NCBI GenBank assembly: GCA_041744215.1
Contig: JBGTLG010000033.1
Location: forward strand, 116,129-180,128
From: Fimbriimonadales bacterium
GTDB taxonomy: Bacteria > Armatimonadota > Fimbriimonadia > Fimbriimonadales > ATM1
Direction: 5' to 3'
Length of the DNA stretch: 64,000 nt
The position numbers and the translations under genes are program-made. Numbering within the stretch: the first letter of the stretch is position 1; the number at the start of each line of letters is the position of its first letter. Below the pieces are notes generated by a model that searched no databases, had not been told where the DNA came from, and saw only the letters and a list, made by a program, of their open reading frames with translations. Shown in pieces: positions 7,704-17,113 of the stretch.

Positions 7704-8612
7704 CTATCTGGCGAGTTGCGCCTGGTTTTCTAAGAGTGTGCCGAGGTCGATGATCATGCCTTGTCCACCGCCATAGACTGCGGGGAGAGTGCCGTTCCAT
7801 TTTTCGATCCATTCGCGCGCTATAACCAGCGAGCCGCCTTGGACTCGTAGCGCGTCTGCGTTCAGCTTCGCAGATTCGGACTTACCTTCCGCGATCGTTA
7901 TCGCGGTTTGTTTTTCGAGTTCCGCCTTTTGTAGGATGTATCGTTGCTGTTCTGCTTGCTGTTGGGCGACCTGCTTTTGCTCGATCGCTTTGTTGAACTC
8001 GGGTGAGAAGTCGAAGTTGGTGATCGAAAGCCCCGCTGGCTCGACGAGGATGTTGTACGCACCGAGCCTTTCGGTGATGTCTAGCTCGACCTCCGACTTG
8101 ACTCGCGCGCGGAGCTTGATGAGCTCTTCCGCGGTGTATTGCGCGGTTACAACTTTGATCGATTCTTGGACGGCGGGATCGATGATTCGCGCCTTGTATT
8201 CTGTGCCGACGTTTCGGTAGAGCGTGTGGACTCTGTCTGGATCGACTCGAAAGTTGAGCGCGAGCGTCGTGCTGACGATTTGGAGGTCTTTCGACGCGGC
8301 GGAGGCTTCGCTCTGCTCTTTTTGCGTTCTAACCTCCATGAGGATCACCTCTTGAAGAAACGGGGCGATGAGGTGGAAGCCCTCTTGCTTCAGGCCGCGG
8401 ACCGCGCCCAGATGGAGCAAAACGCCCCTGTGTCCTGCCGGCACGATAACCGCGCAAGCCCAGAGCACCCCCCCGACGAACATGACCAGACCCACGACCC
8501 TCGCGATCCAAGCTGTGGGCGCGAGGTTTGATTTGTCGGAGGTCTGTCGATTGAGACCCCCGATGATGAATGAAAGAACGAAAAGAACGATTCCAAAAAA
8601 GGCCAGACCCAT
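7704..8612 (-). CDS. Prohibitin/SPFH (band 7) family membrane protein
   Basis: Two N-terminal TM segments, VIVPAGHRGV, SKDLQ, FSPEFNKAIEQKQVAQQ coiled coil, WIEKWNG. Confidence 0.92.
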   Translation of the reverse strand: MGLAFFGIVLFVLSFIIGGLNRQTSDKSNLAPTAWIARVVGLVMFVGGVLWACAVIVPAGHRGVLLHLGAVRGLKQEGFHLIAPFLQEVILMEVRTQKEQSEASAASKDLQIVSTTLALNFRVDPDRVHTLYRNVGTEYKARIIDPAVQESIKVVTAQYTAEELIKLRARVKSEVELDITERLGAYNILVEPAGLSITNFDFSPEFNKAIEQKQVAQQQAEQQRYILQKAELEKQTAITIAEGKSESAKLNADALRVQGGSLVIAREWIEKWNGTLPAVYGGGQGMIIDLGTLLENQAQLAR

Positions 8613-8681
8613 CAATGTTTCTCCTACTGATTCACGGACGGTTGGCGTCCGGGGTTGCGATTCTGGCTTATCTTGCGTTTT

Positions 8682-9017
8682 CTAAACAAACTTCCAGTGG
8701 TCGCTCATCTCGATCAGCCTCTCGACTTGGCTGCAGCCGTAGACCGGCACGATGAACTGGCGATGTTTGGGGAAAGGGCGGCCAGCGTAAATGCCGAGGA
8801 CTTCCAATGCTTGTGTGAGGCGTTTCGCACTCGCTTTGGTGTCGACGGGGAATCGGAACTCATAGCCCTTTTTGTAGTTTTTGGACGTCTGCTCGATTTG
8901 TTTGTCGGCGCTTCTCCACCGCAAGTAGGCGTTTGCGGCAAGGTGCTCGAGCACGAGCTTCTTGGCGCTTCGCGGCGTCATGGTATTGCGGGTTGTCCGG
9001 GCGTTCGTTTGCGTCAC
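8682..9017 (-). CDS. Hypothetical basic protein
   Basis: 111-aa ORF with protein-like composition that fills the gap upstream of the SPFH gene. Confidence 0.6.
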   Translation of the reverse strand: MTQTNARTTRNTMTPRSAKKLVLEHLAANAYLRWRSADKQIEQTSKNYKKGYEFRFPVDTKASAKRLTQALEVLGIYAGRPFPKHRQFIVPVYGCSQVERLIEMSDHWKFV

Positions 9018-9150
9018 TTCAACTGGTCGGAAGTATACATGAAGTAAGGGGCGATTTGAAGCCGAAAGGAGGTAGAATTGAAGCCTTCGCAGGGGGCTGG
9101 CCGTCCATAAGGCGGCTGCTTGTTCCAGACATTATAAAAGGAGATTTCGC

Positions 9151-11610
9151 TTGCCCGAAAACGAGTCCATCGTCGAGAAAACGCTCATTCATGAGGAGAT
9201 GTCGCGCTCCTATGTGAACTACGCGATGAGCGTGATCATTGCGCGCGCGCTTCCCGATGTGCGCGACGGCTTAAAGCCTGTCCAGCGGAGGATTTTGTAT
9301 GCGATGCTGGCTGGCGGATACACAGCGGATCGTCAGCGAACGAAGTGCGCGAAGATTTGCGGCGACACAAGCGGAGAGTTTCACCCACACGGCAACGAGG
9401 TTATCTATCCGACGCTGGTTCGGATGGCGCAGGATTTTTCGATGCGCTATCCGCTGATCGATCCTCAGGGGAATTTTGGAAACGTCGATGGCGATCCGCC
9501 TGCCGCGATGCGATACACCGAGGCGAGACTGAGCAAGATCGCGATGGAGATGCTCGAAGACCTCGAGCGCGAGACGGTCGATTGGACTCCAAACTACTTG
9601 CAAACAAAGAATGAGCCGCTGATGCTGCCGGCGAAGTTTCCGAATCTTCTATGCAACGGCGGTTCCGGCATCGCGGTCGGCATGGCAACAAACATGCCTC
9701 CTCACAACTTGGGCGAAGTCGTTGACGCGGTGTTGCTGCGAGTTGAGAACCCGGACTGCACAGTCGACGACGTCTTAAAGGTATTGCCCGGTCCCGATTT
9801 TCCGACGTACGGAATGATTCTCGGGACGAAGGGGATTCGAAGTATGTATGAAGGCGGCCGAGGAAGCATTATCATGCAGGCTAAGACCGCGATCGAGCCG
9901 ACTGAAGGTGGGCGCAGCGTTATCGTCGTCAGCGAGATTCCTTATCAGGTCAATAAGACGACACTCATCGAACAAATCGCCAAGATTATTCGCGACAAAA
10001 AGCTGGATGCAATCAGCAACGTTGAGGACTATTCGGACCGGCGCGGTATGCGACTTGAGATTTTCGTCAAACGCGAAGGAAACCCCAACAAAGCGCTGAA
10101 CTACCTGCTTAAGCACACTTCTTTGCGAACGACGTTTGGCGCGTGTATGCTAAGTCTCATTGACAATGTCCCTCGCGTTGCGCCGATTACGCAACTGCTG
10201 GATGAGTACATCGCCCATCGACGAAGGGTGATTACAAGGCGTACGCGATTCGACCTCAATCGCGCTCTGGAAGACGCGCACATTAGCGAAGGTTATCAAA
10301 TCGCGCGGGCGAATCTGGATGAAATCATCAAGATCATTCGCGGCGCAGATGATCCCGAAGACGCGCGCAGACAGCTTGTCCGGCGGTTTGCGATGACGAT
10401 GTTCCAAGCGAATGTCATCTTGAACATGCAGCTTCGGCGATTGACGCGGCTTGAACAGCAGAAGCTCGAAGAAGAGTACAAGAGCATTCTTCGCAAGATT
10501 GCGAATCTCATGGACATCCTCAACGACAAGAAGAGGGTCGACCTGCTGATGCGCGAAGAGCTTGAAGACCTGCGCAAGAAGTTTGGAGACGAGCGGCGCA
10601 CGAAGATTCTTCAAATGGAAGCCGGTGAAATCGGCGACGAGGACATGATCCCCGACGAAGACGCGATCATATCCGTCAGCCGAGACGGCTACATCAAGCG
10701 GATGAGCATCGACGCGTATCGCGCACAGCGGCGCGGTGGCAAAGGCGTCGTCGGAACACAGCTGAAAGCGGAAGACGACGTCTCGCACCTCTTCCAAGTT
10801 AGCACGCACCACTTCATCTTGTTCTTCTCGGACAAAGGGCGCGTGTATCGGTTAAAGGCATACGAGATTCCCGAAAGCGGACGGTATTCAAAGGGAACGC
10901 CGGTCATCAACTACATCCAAATCGAAAGCGGCGAAATGATCACCGCGACGCAAAGCGTTAGGGACATCAAGGGCGAGGGCTATCTCGTCATGATCACTCG
11001 CCTCGGCGAGATCAAGCGAACACCGATCAACGCGTTCCAAAACCTGCGGGCAAACGGGCTTCGCGCGTTCGACATTGAAGACGGCGACGAACTCAAGTGG
11101 GTGCTGCGAAGCAACGGCAAGCAAGATATCCTCATGATCACCCGCGAAGGGATGAGCATCCGCTTCAATGAGAGCCAACTCACCGGGCGCAGCCGCGCCG
11201 CGGGTGGTGTCCGAGGCATCAAGCTGCGGAAGGGCGACGAGGTGGTCGCCGCCGACATCGTCGAGAATCCCGAATTGAGCGTGCTGGTCGTTGGCAGAAA
11301 CGGCTACGGCAAGCGGACTCCGATCGAGGATTACCGCCTCCAGGGGCGCGCCGGAATGGGCATCAAGACAATGCAAGTCACGGCGAAGACCGGCCAGGTG
11401 GTTGGGGCGGAGATCGTCGATCCGGATGACCAACTGGTTCTGATGACCGAGAAGGCCAAGGCGATTAAGCTGAGAATCAAGGAGATCCGCATGGTCGGCA
11501 GGATCGCCCAGGGCGTCAAGCTGATCAACCTGGGGCAGGACGACCAGGTGAAGAGCCTCGCACGGCTGGTCAAGGACAGCGACGACGGCGAGATCGAGGA
11601 AGAGGAGTAG
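9151..11610 (+). CDS. gyrA: DNA gyrase subunit A
   Basis: [20 protein letters not shown], catalytic AAMRYTE, GyrA box QRRGGKG, C-terminal pinwheel repeats. AAGGAG SD and TTG start. Confidence 0.98.
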   Translation: MPENESIVEKTLIHEEMSRSYVNYAMSVIIARALPDVRDGLKPVQRRILYAMLAGGYTADRQRTKCAKICGDTSGEFHPHGNEVIYPTLVRMAQDFSMRYPLIDPQGNFGNVDGDPPAAMRYTEARLSKIAMEMLEDLERETVDWTPNYLQTKNEPLMLPAKFPNLLCNGGSGIAVGMATNMPPHNLGEVVDAVLLRVENPDCTVDDVLKVLPGPDFPTYGMILGTKGIRSMYEGGRGSIIMQAKTAIEPTEGGRSVIVVSEIPYQVNKTTLIEQIAKIIRDKKLDAISNVEDYSDRRGMRLEIFVKREGNPNKALNYLLKHTSLRTTFGACMLSLIDNVPRVAPITQLLDEYIAHRRRVITRRTRFDLNRALEDAHISEGYQIARANLDEIIKIIRGADDPEDARRQLVRRFAMTMFQANVILNMQLRRLTRLEQQKLEEEYKSILRKIANLMDILNDKKRVDLLMREELEDLRKKFGDERRTKILQMEAGEIGDEDMIPDEDAIISVSRDGYIKRMSIDAYRAQRRGGKGVVGTQLKAEDDVSHLFQVSTHHFILFFSDKGRVYRLKAYEIPESGRYSKGTPVINYIQIESGEMITATQSVRDIKGEGYLVMITRLGEIKRTPINAFQNLRANGLRAFDIEDGDELKWVLRSNGKQDILMITREGMSIRFNESQLTGRSRAAGGVRGIKLRKGDEVVAADIVENPELSVLVVGRNGYGKRTPIEDYRLQGRAGMGIKTMQVTAKTGQVVGAEIVDPDDQLVLMTEKAKAIKLRIKEIRMVGRIAQGVKLINLGQDDQVKSLARLVKDSDDGEIEEEE

Positions 11611-11971
11611 CCCCTCGCAGGGCGTGGTCGTTGCCGCACGGTCAGTTAGCTCCAGCAAGGCCCGCCCCGGCGCAGTCGCAGGTTCAAATGTGGAAGGTGC
11701 GACGCTACGTTCCCTAGGGATTTCGCCACGATTCCTAGGCAGGACAGTGCGCCGCCTATTCGTAAGGCATAGATTCCCAGTCCGCGCGCCCAGATTGGTA
11801 ACGAGAACGCAGAGCCGCATACGGCCCAGCACCGATCCTTACCAGTTTCGGCAGGTAAAAGTGACAGTTCTGAAAAAATCGTGCCCCTTGGCATACCAAA
11901 TGTTGATATACTGTGCGATGCTCTGACTCCATGGACAGGGCAAATTTGAACAAAGAGGAGAGATATCTCTA

Positions 11972-12667
11972 ATGAAAAGACTATTAGCAATCGCTGGTAT
12001 TGCAGTCATCGGCGGGGCGGCCAGCGCCGTCATCTTCGAATATTCGGGCGGTGCCGTCACGATTCCCGACGGTGCGAGCAGCAACACGCCCGGGGCAGCC
12101 GCGCTCGCGACGATCAACATTCCGTCCATCGGTGCGGACACGATCGTTTCGATGAACGCCGCCCTCGTGGTTCGGCACACTTGGCAGGGCGACCTGACCT
12201 TGCGGATCATTACCCCTTGGAGCAGTTCCATCGAGTTGGTGAACCGGCCAGGAAGATCTGGTAGTTCGACGTTTGGCTTCTCGAACGACAACTACGGCAT
12301 GCCGGCCGCCACTCGAGGCAACTACGCTGAGTACATGATCTTCAGCGATCTTGGCGCTGCGATGTACGCGGAACCGGATGTTGTTACACCAGGCATCACG
12401 GATGTCACCGGCGTTTGGCGCGCAAGCACGCGATCCGACTCGGGTACGACAAACACCGCCGCCGCTACTGTTGTCGGCATGAACAGCATGGTGGCGGGCC
12501 AGAGCATCGTTGGAAATTGGTCGCTTGAGGCGATCGACTGGGCCGGAACCGACACAGGCGCGATCGCGCACTTCGCCCTCGAGTTCCAAACAGTTCCTGA
12601 GCCTGCAACGATGGCTGTGCTCGGTCTCGGCCTCGCAGCGCTCGCAGCTCGCCGCCGCCGGAAGTAA
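11972..12667 (+). CDS. PEP-CTERM sorting domain protein with a proprotein-convertase P-like domain
   Basis: Signal peptide, HTWQGDL motif, C-terminal VPEPATMAVLGLGLAALAARRRRK. Confidence 0.93.
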   Translation: MKRLLAIAGIAVIGGAASAVIFEYSGGAVTIPDGASSNTPGAAALATINIPSIGADTIVSMNAALVVRHTWQGDLTLRIITPWSSSIELVNRPGRSGSSTFGFSNDNYGMPAATRGNYAEYMIFSDLGAAMYAEPDVVTPGITDVTGVWRASTRSDSGTTNTAAATVVGMNSMVAGQSIVGNWSLEAIDWAGTDTGAIAHFALEFQTVPEPATMAVLGLGLAALAARRRRK

Positions 12668-12694
12668 CTCCTAAAGCGCAAGCTCGATCCAGAC

Positions 12695-12733
12695 TCGGCT
12701 GGAGCCAAAAGGCTTCAGCCGATTCGCTTTTTG
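12695..12733 (+). terminator. Intrinsic terminator
   Basis: TCGGCTGGAGCC-AAAA-GGCTTCAGCCGA stem-loop followed by TTCGCTTTTT. Confidence 0.7.
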
Positions 12734-12798
12734 CGCACTATGCAAGCAGTTTTTCCGTCAGAATAGGGTAGGTGCAAATCCCACGGAGGAGTTGAGCA

Positions 12799-14007
12799 AT
12801 GCGTCGTTTCTTTATCGCAAGTTTGGTATTGGCAGTGGCGGCGGCTGGTCAGGCGACCGGCTGGCAACGAGTTTCGGTTTACATCGCGGACGATAAGCAG
12901 GCCCAGGCTGTGGCCGATTGCTCGCTTGGGCTGTTCTCCGAGGACATCGTTCTCGGGATGACGGATATGATTGTCGGGCCCTCGGACTGGCCCGAACTCC
13001 TCGGCCTCGGTCTGCCTTTCAAGATCGTCTCTGCGCTTCCAGACCCAGCCGGCTGGGACAAAGGGTACGGCGCGGGCGATTCGAACTGGGAGACTCAGTA
13101 CCTTCGCTATAACGACATCCTCGCGGTTTATGAGGGCTGGCGGGCGGCTGACCCGAACCGAGTCACTCGAACATCGATCGCCAGTTCGTGGGGCGGACGT
13201 CCGGTTTATGTCTACAGGTTCAGGCAGACCCTGTATCGGATACCCGGATCGCCTCCTAGAAAGAAGATGGTGATCATTGGTGGGACGCACGCCCGCGAGT
13301 GGATCAGCCCAGCGGTGACGATGTACCTGTTTAACAAACTGCGCACCGAACCGAGGACGAACCCGGCGCTTTTCTCGCTGATCGATCAGTTCGACTTCTA
13401 CTTCGTTCCCGTGCTCAATCCGGACGGCTACGAGTTCTGCTGGACGGACAACCGGATGTGGAGAAAGAACAGGCGAAACAACGGTAGTTCGTTTGGTGTT
13501 GACTTGAACCGAAACTATCCTAAAGGGTGGGGCGGGCAAGGCAGCAGCGGCACCCCGTCGTCGGAGACCTACCGGGGGCCTGCGATCTTCAGCGAGCCCG
13601 AGACAAACGGACTTCGGCTGTTCCTCGACTCCATCGGAGGAGAGGTCGCAGGCTTCATCGATTACCACAGCTATGGCCAGAAGATCCTGTGGCCGTGGAC
13701 GTACACGACGACTTCCCTTCCCGAACCCGAGCGAACGTGGCATTTCAATGCTGGCGCGGCCTACCGGAACGGAATCTTGGGCGCGGGCGGCCTCAATCAC
13801 CAGCATGGACAGGCGTCGAGCACATTGTACGTTGCTGGGGGTACGAGCAAGGACTGGGGCTGGGACGCCCTCGGCGCCATCTCGTTCACTGTCGAGATGC
13901 GGGACACAGGCACAAACGGGTTCCTGCTCCCCGCTGATCAGATCTTGCCGACAGGCGCGGAGAATTGGGGCGGGCTAAAGTCTTACCTTCAGTATTTGGC
14001 CCAGTAG
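12799..14007 (+). CDS. Secreted M14 zinc carboxypeptidase
   Basis: HAREW, NPDG, WRKNRR, GVDLNRN, DYHSY, SFTVE motifs; signal peptide. Confidence 0.95.
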   Translation: MRRFFIASLVLAVAAAGQATGWQRVSVYIADDKQAQAVADCSLGLFSEDIVLGMTDMIVGPSDWPELLGLGLPFKIVSALPDPAGWDKGYGAGDSNWETQYLRYNDILAVYEGWRAADPNRVTRTSIASSWGGRPVYVYRFRQTLYRIPGSPPRKKMVIIGGTHAREWISPAVTMYLFNKLRTEPRTNPALFSLIDQFDFYFVPVLNPDGYEFCWTDNRMWRKNRRNNGSSFGVDLNRNYPKGWGGQGSSGTPSSETYRGPAIFSEPETNGLRLFLDSIGGEVAGFIDYHSYGQKILWPWTYTTTSLPEPERTWHFNAGAAYRNGILGAGGLNHQHGQASSTLYVAGGTSKDWGWDALGAISFTVEMRDTGTNGFLLPADQILPTGAENWGGLKSYLQYLAQ

Positions 14008-14062
14008 CTGGATCCTCGCGGTATACTCGGTCGTCTGATTCAGTAGAGGAGCCGTACTTGCC

Positions 14063-14785
14063 TTGAAGTTCAAATACGCAGCTTTGATCGCCCTTTTGTT
14101 CGCCGGACTCGCCGCTGGTTGTGGCGGCGGTGTTAGGCAGGCAAAGATCTTCCACCGGTTCACCAATATCGTGCCGGATGTGGCCACAGCTGATTTCTAC
14201 GTGAACGACGATTTGTCTGGAGTCGGGATCGGATATGTGGCTTCGACCTCTTACACGGAACTCGAGGACGACGAGAATTACACGTTCTATGACGGTTTTG
14301 AAGGTGGCACACAGAACGTGCTCGATTCGATCGCAGTTCAAAAAGAAAACAAGGTCAGCACTCACATTTTCGCTTGCGGATTTCAGTCACCTGGCTCGCA
14401 GCAGCCAGGGGTCAGACTTGTCCCTGTGACAGTTACAAGGACCACGCCATCTGGCTCAAACGCTCGACTGATATGGGTCCACGCCTACGCCCGCGCTCTG
14501 GGGACGCAGACTCCGAAAGTCGACATCTATCGGACTGGAAAGATCGCGCCAGAGATTGAGGACATCGGATTCGGCGAACACCGAGTCGGATTCCTCGCAG
14601 CAGGGACTTATACGATTGAGGTTCGAATCGCGGGCGCAATCCAAGGGAATCTCTTTTCTCGGACCGGAGTCGTGCTTGAGGCAGGCAAAATCTACATCGT
14701 TCTTCTGAAGGGTGTTGAAGGCGAGGCAGGAGTGCTTGAACCCGACATCATCCTGATCGAAGAGCCGGACAACAACAATCCCTGA
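14063..14785 (+). CDS. Lipoprotein, DUF4397-like
   Basis: Lipobox LAAGC, two beta repeats (ADFYVND; ARLIWVHA..PKVDIY), LEAGKIYIV. Confidence 0.75.
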   Translation: MKFKYAALIALLFAGLAAGCGGGVRQAKIFHRFTNIVPDVATADFYVNDDLSGVGIGYVASTSYTELEDDENYTFYDGFEGGTQNVLDSIAVQKENKVSTHIFACGFQSPGSQQPGVRLVPVTVTRTTPSGSNARLIWVHAYARALGTQTPKVDIYRTGKIAPEIEDIGFGEHRVGFLAAGTYTIEVRIAGAIQGNLFSRTGVVLEAGKIYIVLLKGVEGEAGVLEPDIILIEEPDNNNP

Positions 14786-14805
14786 GCCCCGGTACAATTA
14801 CCCCT

Positions 14806-15519
14806 ATGGCCGTTAGCGAGCACTCGCTGCGCGTTCCGGCGTCTTGCCGTCCTGGCGATCATCACAAGACGAAGCGCGGCACCACTGAGATCGTCGAGGA
14901 ATACGTCGAAGGCATCTTTCGGCTCGACGAGGCTATGGAGAAAGTGACGACGGGCGAACTCGCGGAATACATGCAGGTATCCGCCGGGAGCGCGACCTCG
15001 ATGGTGAAGAAACTCTCCCAAATGGGCCTCGCGAACTACACGCCCTACAAGTCGGTAACTTTGACGGCCGAAGGGGAGGCGCTGGCAAAGCAACTCAGCC
15101 GGACTCACCGAATACTTAAGCGGTTCTTGGTCGACGCAGTCGGACTCCCCTGGAACGACGTGCATGAATTGGCTTGTAAGCTCGAACACTACATTTCTGG
15201 CGATGTGATCGACATGATGTACGAGAAGCTTGGGCGTCCATCCAAATGCCCACACGGAACGCTAATCGACCTTGATGCTCCTGACAACAGCTTGCGACTT
15301 GAGGATGCAGAACCCGGAAGAGAAGTTCACGTGTCGAAGATTACCAATGAGCGCTTTGAGTTTCTGAAGTTTCTTGAGGACGCGGGTTTGCTGCCAGGTG
15401 TTCGCGTCATCGTCATTGACGCGGCGCAGGGTGACGATCTCATGCACATCAACGTCAACGGAAAGCCCATGAGTGTCGGTCGTGAAGTCGGCCGCCATGT
15501 TTGGGTGGAGCCTGCGTGA
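14806..15519 (+). CDS. DtxR/MntR family metal-dependent repressor with a FeoA domain
   Basis: EEYVEGI, HTH, HRILKRFL, HELACKLEH, CPHG, C-terminal FeoA/SH3-like domain. Confidence 0.93.
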   Translation: MAVSEHSLRVPASCRPGDHHKTKRGTTEIVEEYVEGIFRLDEAMEKVTTGELAEYMQVSAGSATSMVKKLSQMGLANYTPYKSVTLTAEGEALAKQLSRTHRILKRFLVDAVGLPWNDVHELACKLEHYISGDVIDMMYEKLGRPSKCPHGTLIDLDAPDNSLRLEDAEPGREVHVSKITNERFEFLKFLEDAGLLPGVRVIVIDAAQGDDLMHINVNGKPMSVGREVGRHVWVEPA

Positions 15520-16619
15520 CGACATTTCCGCGGACTTGGGCGGAGGTCGATCTCGGTGCAATCAAGCACAACTTGGCCCAAATCCGGTCCCTGCTTCCTG
15601 CCGAAACGATGATCGGGCTCGTCGTTAAGGCCGATGCTTATGGGCACGGATTGATCCCGGTATCCCGTATGGCGCTACGCTCGGGTGCGGACTGGGCATG
15701 CGTTGCCACAGTGCAAGAAGGCGTCGCGCTTCGCGAGGCTGAAATCGACGCGCCGGTCTTGATTCTTGCTCCGGCTCTCGAGCTGGAAGCGCAGCAAGTT
15801 GTGTTTTATGATTTGCGATGTCAGATCGAATCGATTGAAGTTGCGCGGGCGCTCTCGAAGGCCGCGGTTGAACAGCGCAGAACTGCGCGCGTGCACATAA
15901 AGATCGACACAGGGATGAGTCGGTTCGGCGTTCAGGTGGAGTCTGCGGCACAATTCGCCAAGGACGTTGCCGTTCTCCCTGGGATCGAGATCGAAGCACT
16001 TGCCAGTCACTTCGCCTTCGGTGGAGGTCCGCGCGAATTCACAGCACAACAGTTTGAGCAGTTTATGACAGCAGTGTGTGAAATCGAGGCCGCTGGAATC
16101 AAGCCGAAGATTCGACATACAGGCAACAGCGCCGCAGTGATTCGGTTTCCCGAAGCGCACCTTAATTTGGTTCGCGTCGGCATTCTCGCCTATGGGATCA
16201 GCCACATTGGAGACTTGTCACTCAATCTCCGTCCTGCGCTAACCTGGAAGGCACGAGTGATGGCGATGCGAGACATTCCGCCGGGGCGGAAGATCGGTTA
16301 CAACTGCACGTATGAGACCGACCGACCTTCTCGAATCGCAACGTTAGGGGTCGGGTATGGAGACGGCTATCACCGCGCACTGAGCAACCAGGGCAACGTT
16401 GTGATTCACGGACAACGCGCACCGATTCGCGGACTCGTGTGCATGGATCAAATCATGGTCGACGTTACTGACATTCCAGCCGCAACGATTGGGGATGAGG
16501 CGATCCTGCTTGGCCAGGAGATCACCGCCGCTGAACTCGCGGCGATCGTTGGGACAACTCCACACGAGATGCCAACGCGAATCATGTCCCGCGTTCCGCG
16601 CAGCTATCACGGACAATGA
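15516..16619 (+). CDS. alr: Alanine racemase
   Basis: VVKADAYGHG PLP-lysine motif, KIDTGMSRFG, GYGDGY, VCMDQ. GTGA overlap with the upstream gene. Confidence 0.97.
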   Translation: MTTFPRTWAEVDLGAIKHNLAQIRSLLPAETMIGLVVKADAYGHGLIPVSRMALRSGADWACVATVQEGVALREAEIDAPVLILAPALELEAQQVVFYDLRCQIESIEVARALSKAAVEQRRTARVHIKIDTGMSRFGVQVESAAQFAKDVAVLPGIEIEALASHFAFGGGPREFTAQQFEQFMTAVCEIEAAGIKPKIRHTGNSAAVIRFPEAHLNLVRVGILAYGISHIGDLSLNLRPALTWKARVMAMRDIPPGRKIGYNCTYETDRPSRIATLGVGYGDGYHRALSNQGNVVIHGQRAPIRGLVCMDQIMVDVTDIPAATIGDEAILLGQEITAAELAAIVGTTPHEMPTRIMSRVPRSYHGQ

Positions 16620-17113
16620 GTTCGCGCAAGAAACTGGTGATTGTTCGCGGCGACACTTCAGGCGCGTGGGGTGCAATCAAAGCGTATTGGCCGCTGTTCC
16701 TGTTCTCTCGATGGATTCAGTTTCGGAAGTCGTTCGAGTTAGCGATACTCAAGGCACCCACGCGAGAGAGGGCTATAGAAGCGATTGCGGCAGCGAGTGG
16801 CGTCGTATTCTATGGCCACGGCGACAAGGGTCGCGTGTTTCTAAAGGACAAGGCGAACAAGTCTGCAAACACCGACGACATGCTCGATGTCGCCGCTGTA
16901 AGGACTTTATTGGCGCAGCGCGCATCCCGCGCCGCACCCAAGTTGGATGTTGCAATGATCGCATGCTGCGACACGTTGCGGGATGAGGAGTGGTGCGACG
17001 TGTGGTTAGAAGCAGCACGTGTTGTTCGAGGCTACGACGGGCTTACGTACAATTGGAAGAGGCCGCTTCTGATCCCCAAGATGCGCACGCTTTCCAACGA
17101 TCGGGAGGCCTAG
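16616..17113 (+). CDS. Hypothetical protein, possible caspase/CHAT-like fold
   Basis: ATGA-coupled to alr. VVFYGHG ... MIACC pattern. Confidence 0.6.
   Translation: MSSRKKLVIVRGDTSGAWGAIKAYWPLFLFSRWIQFRKSFELAILKAPTRERAIEAIAAASGVVFYGHGDKGRVFLKDKANKSANTDDMLDVAAVRTLLAQRASRAAPKLDVAMIACCDTLRDEEWCDVWLEAARVVRGYDGLTYNWKRPLLIPKMRTLSNDREA

Noticed and set aside
11640-11690. tRNA-like fragments GGTCAGTTAGCTC and GTCGCAGGTTCAAAT after gyrA
   Set aside because: Spacing is too short, and there is no anticodon arm, T-stem 3' strand or acceptor pairing.
11889-11903. sigma54 promoter upstream of the PEP-CTERM gene (TGGCAT...)
   Set aside because: The -12 position reads ATGT rather than TTGC.
5688-13806. 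Long antisense ORFs (e.g. 5688-6632, 10888-11832, 12715-13806)
   Set aside because: Shadow frames of well-supported genes in GC-rich DNA, with no motifs.
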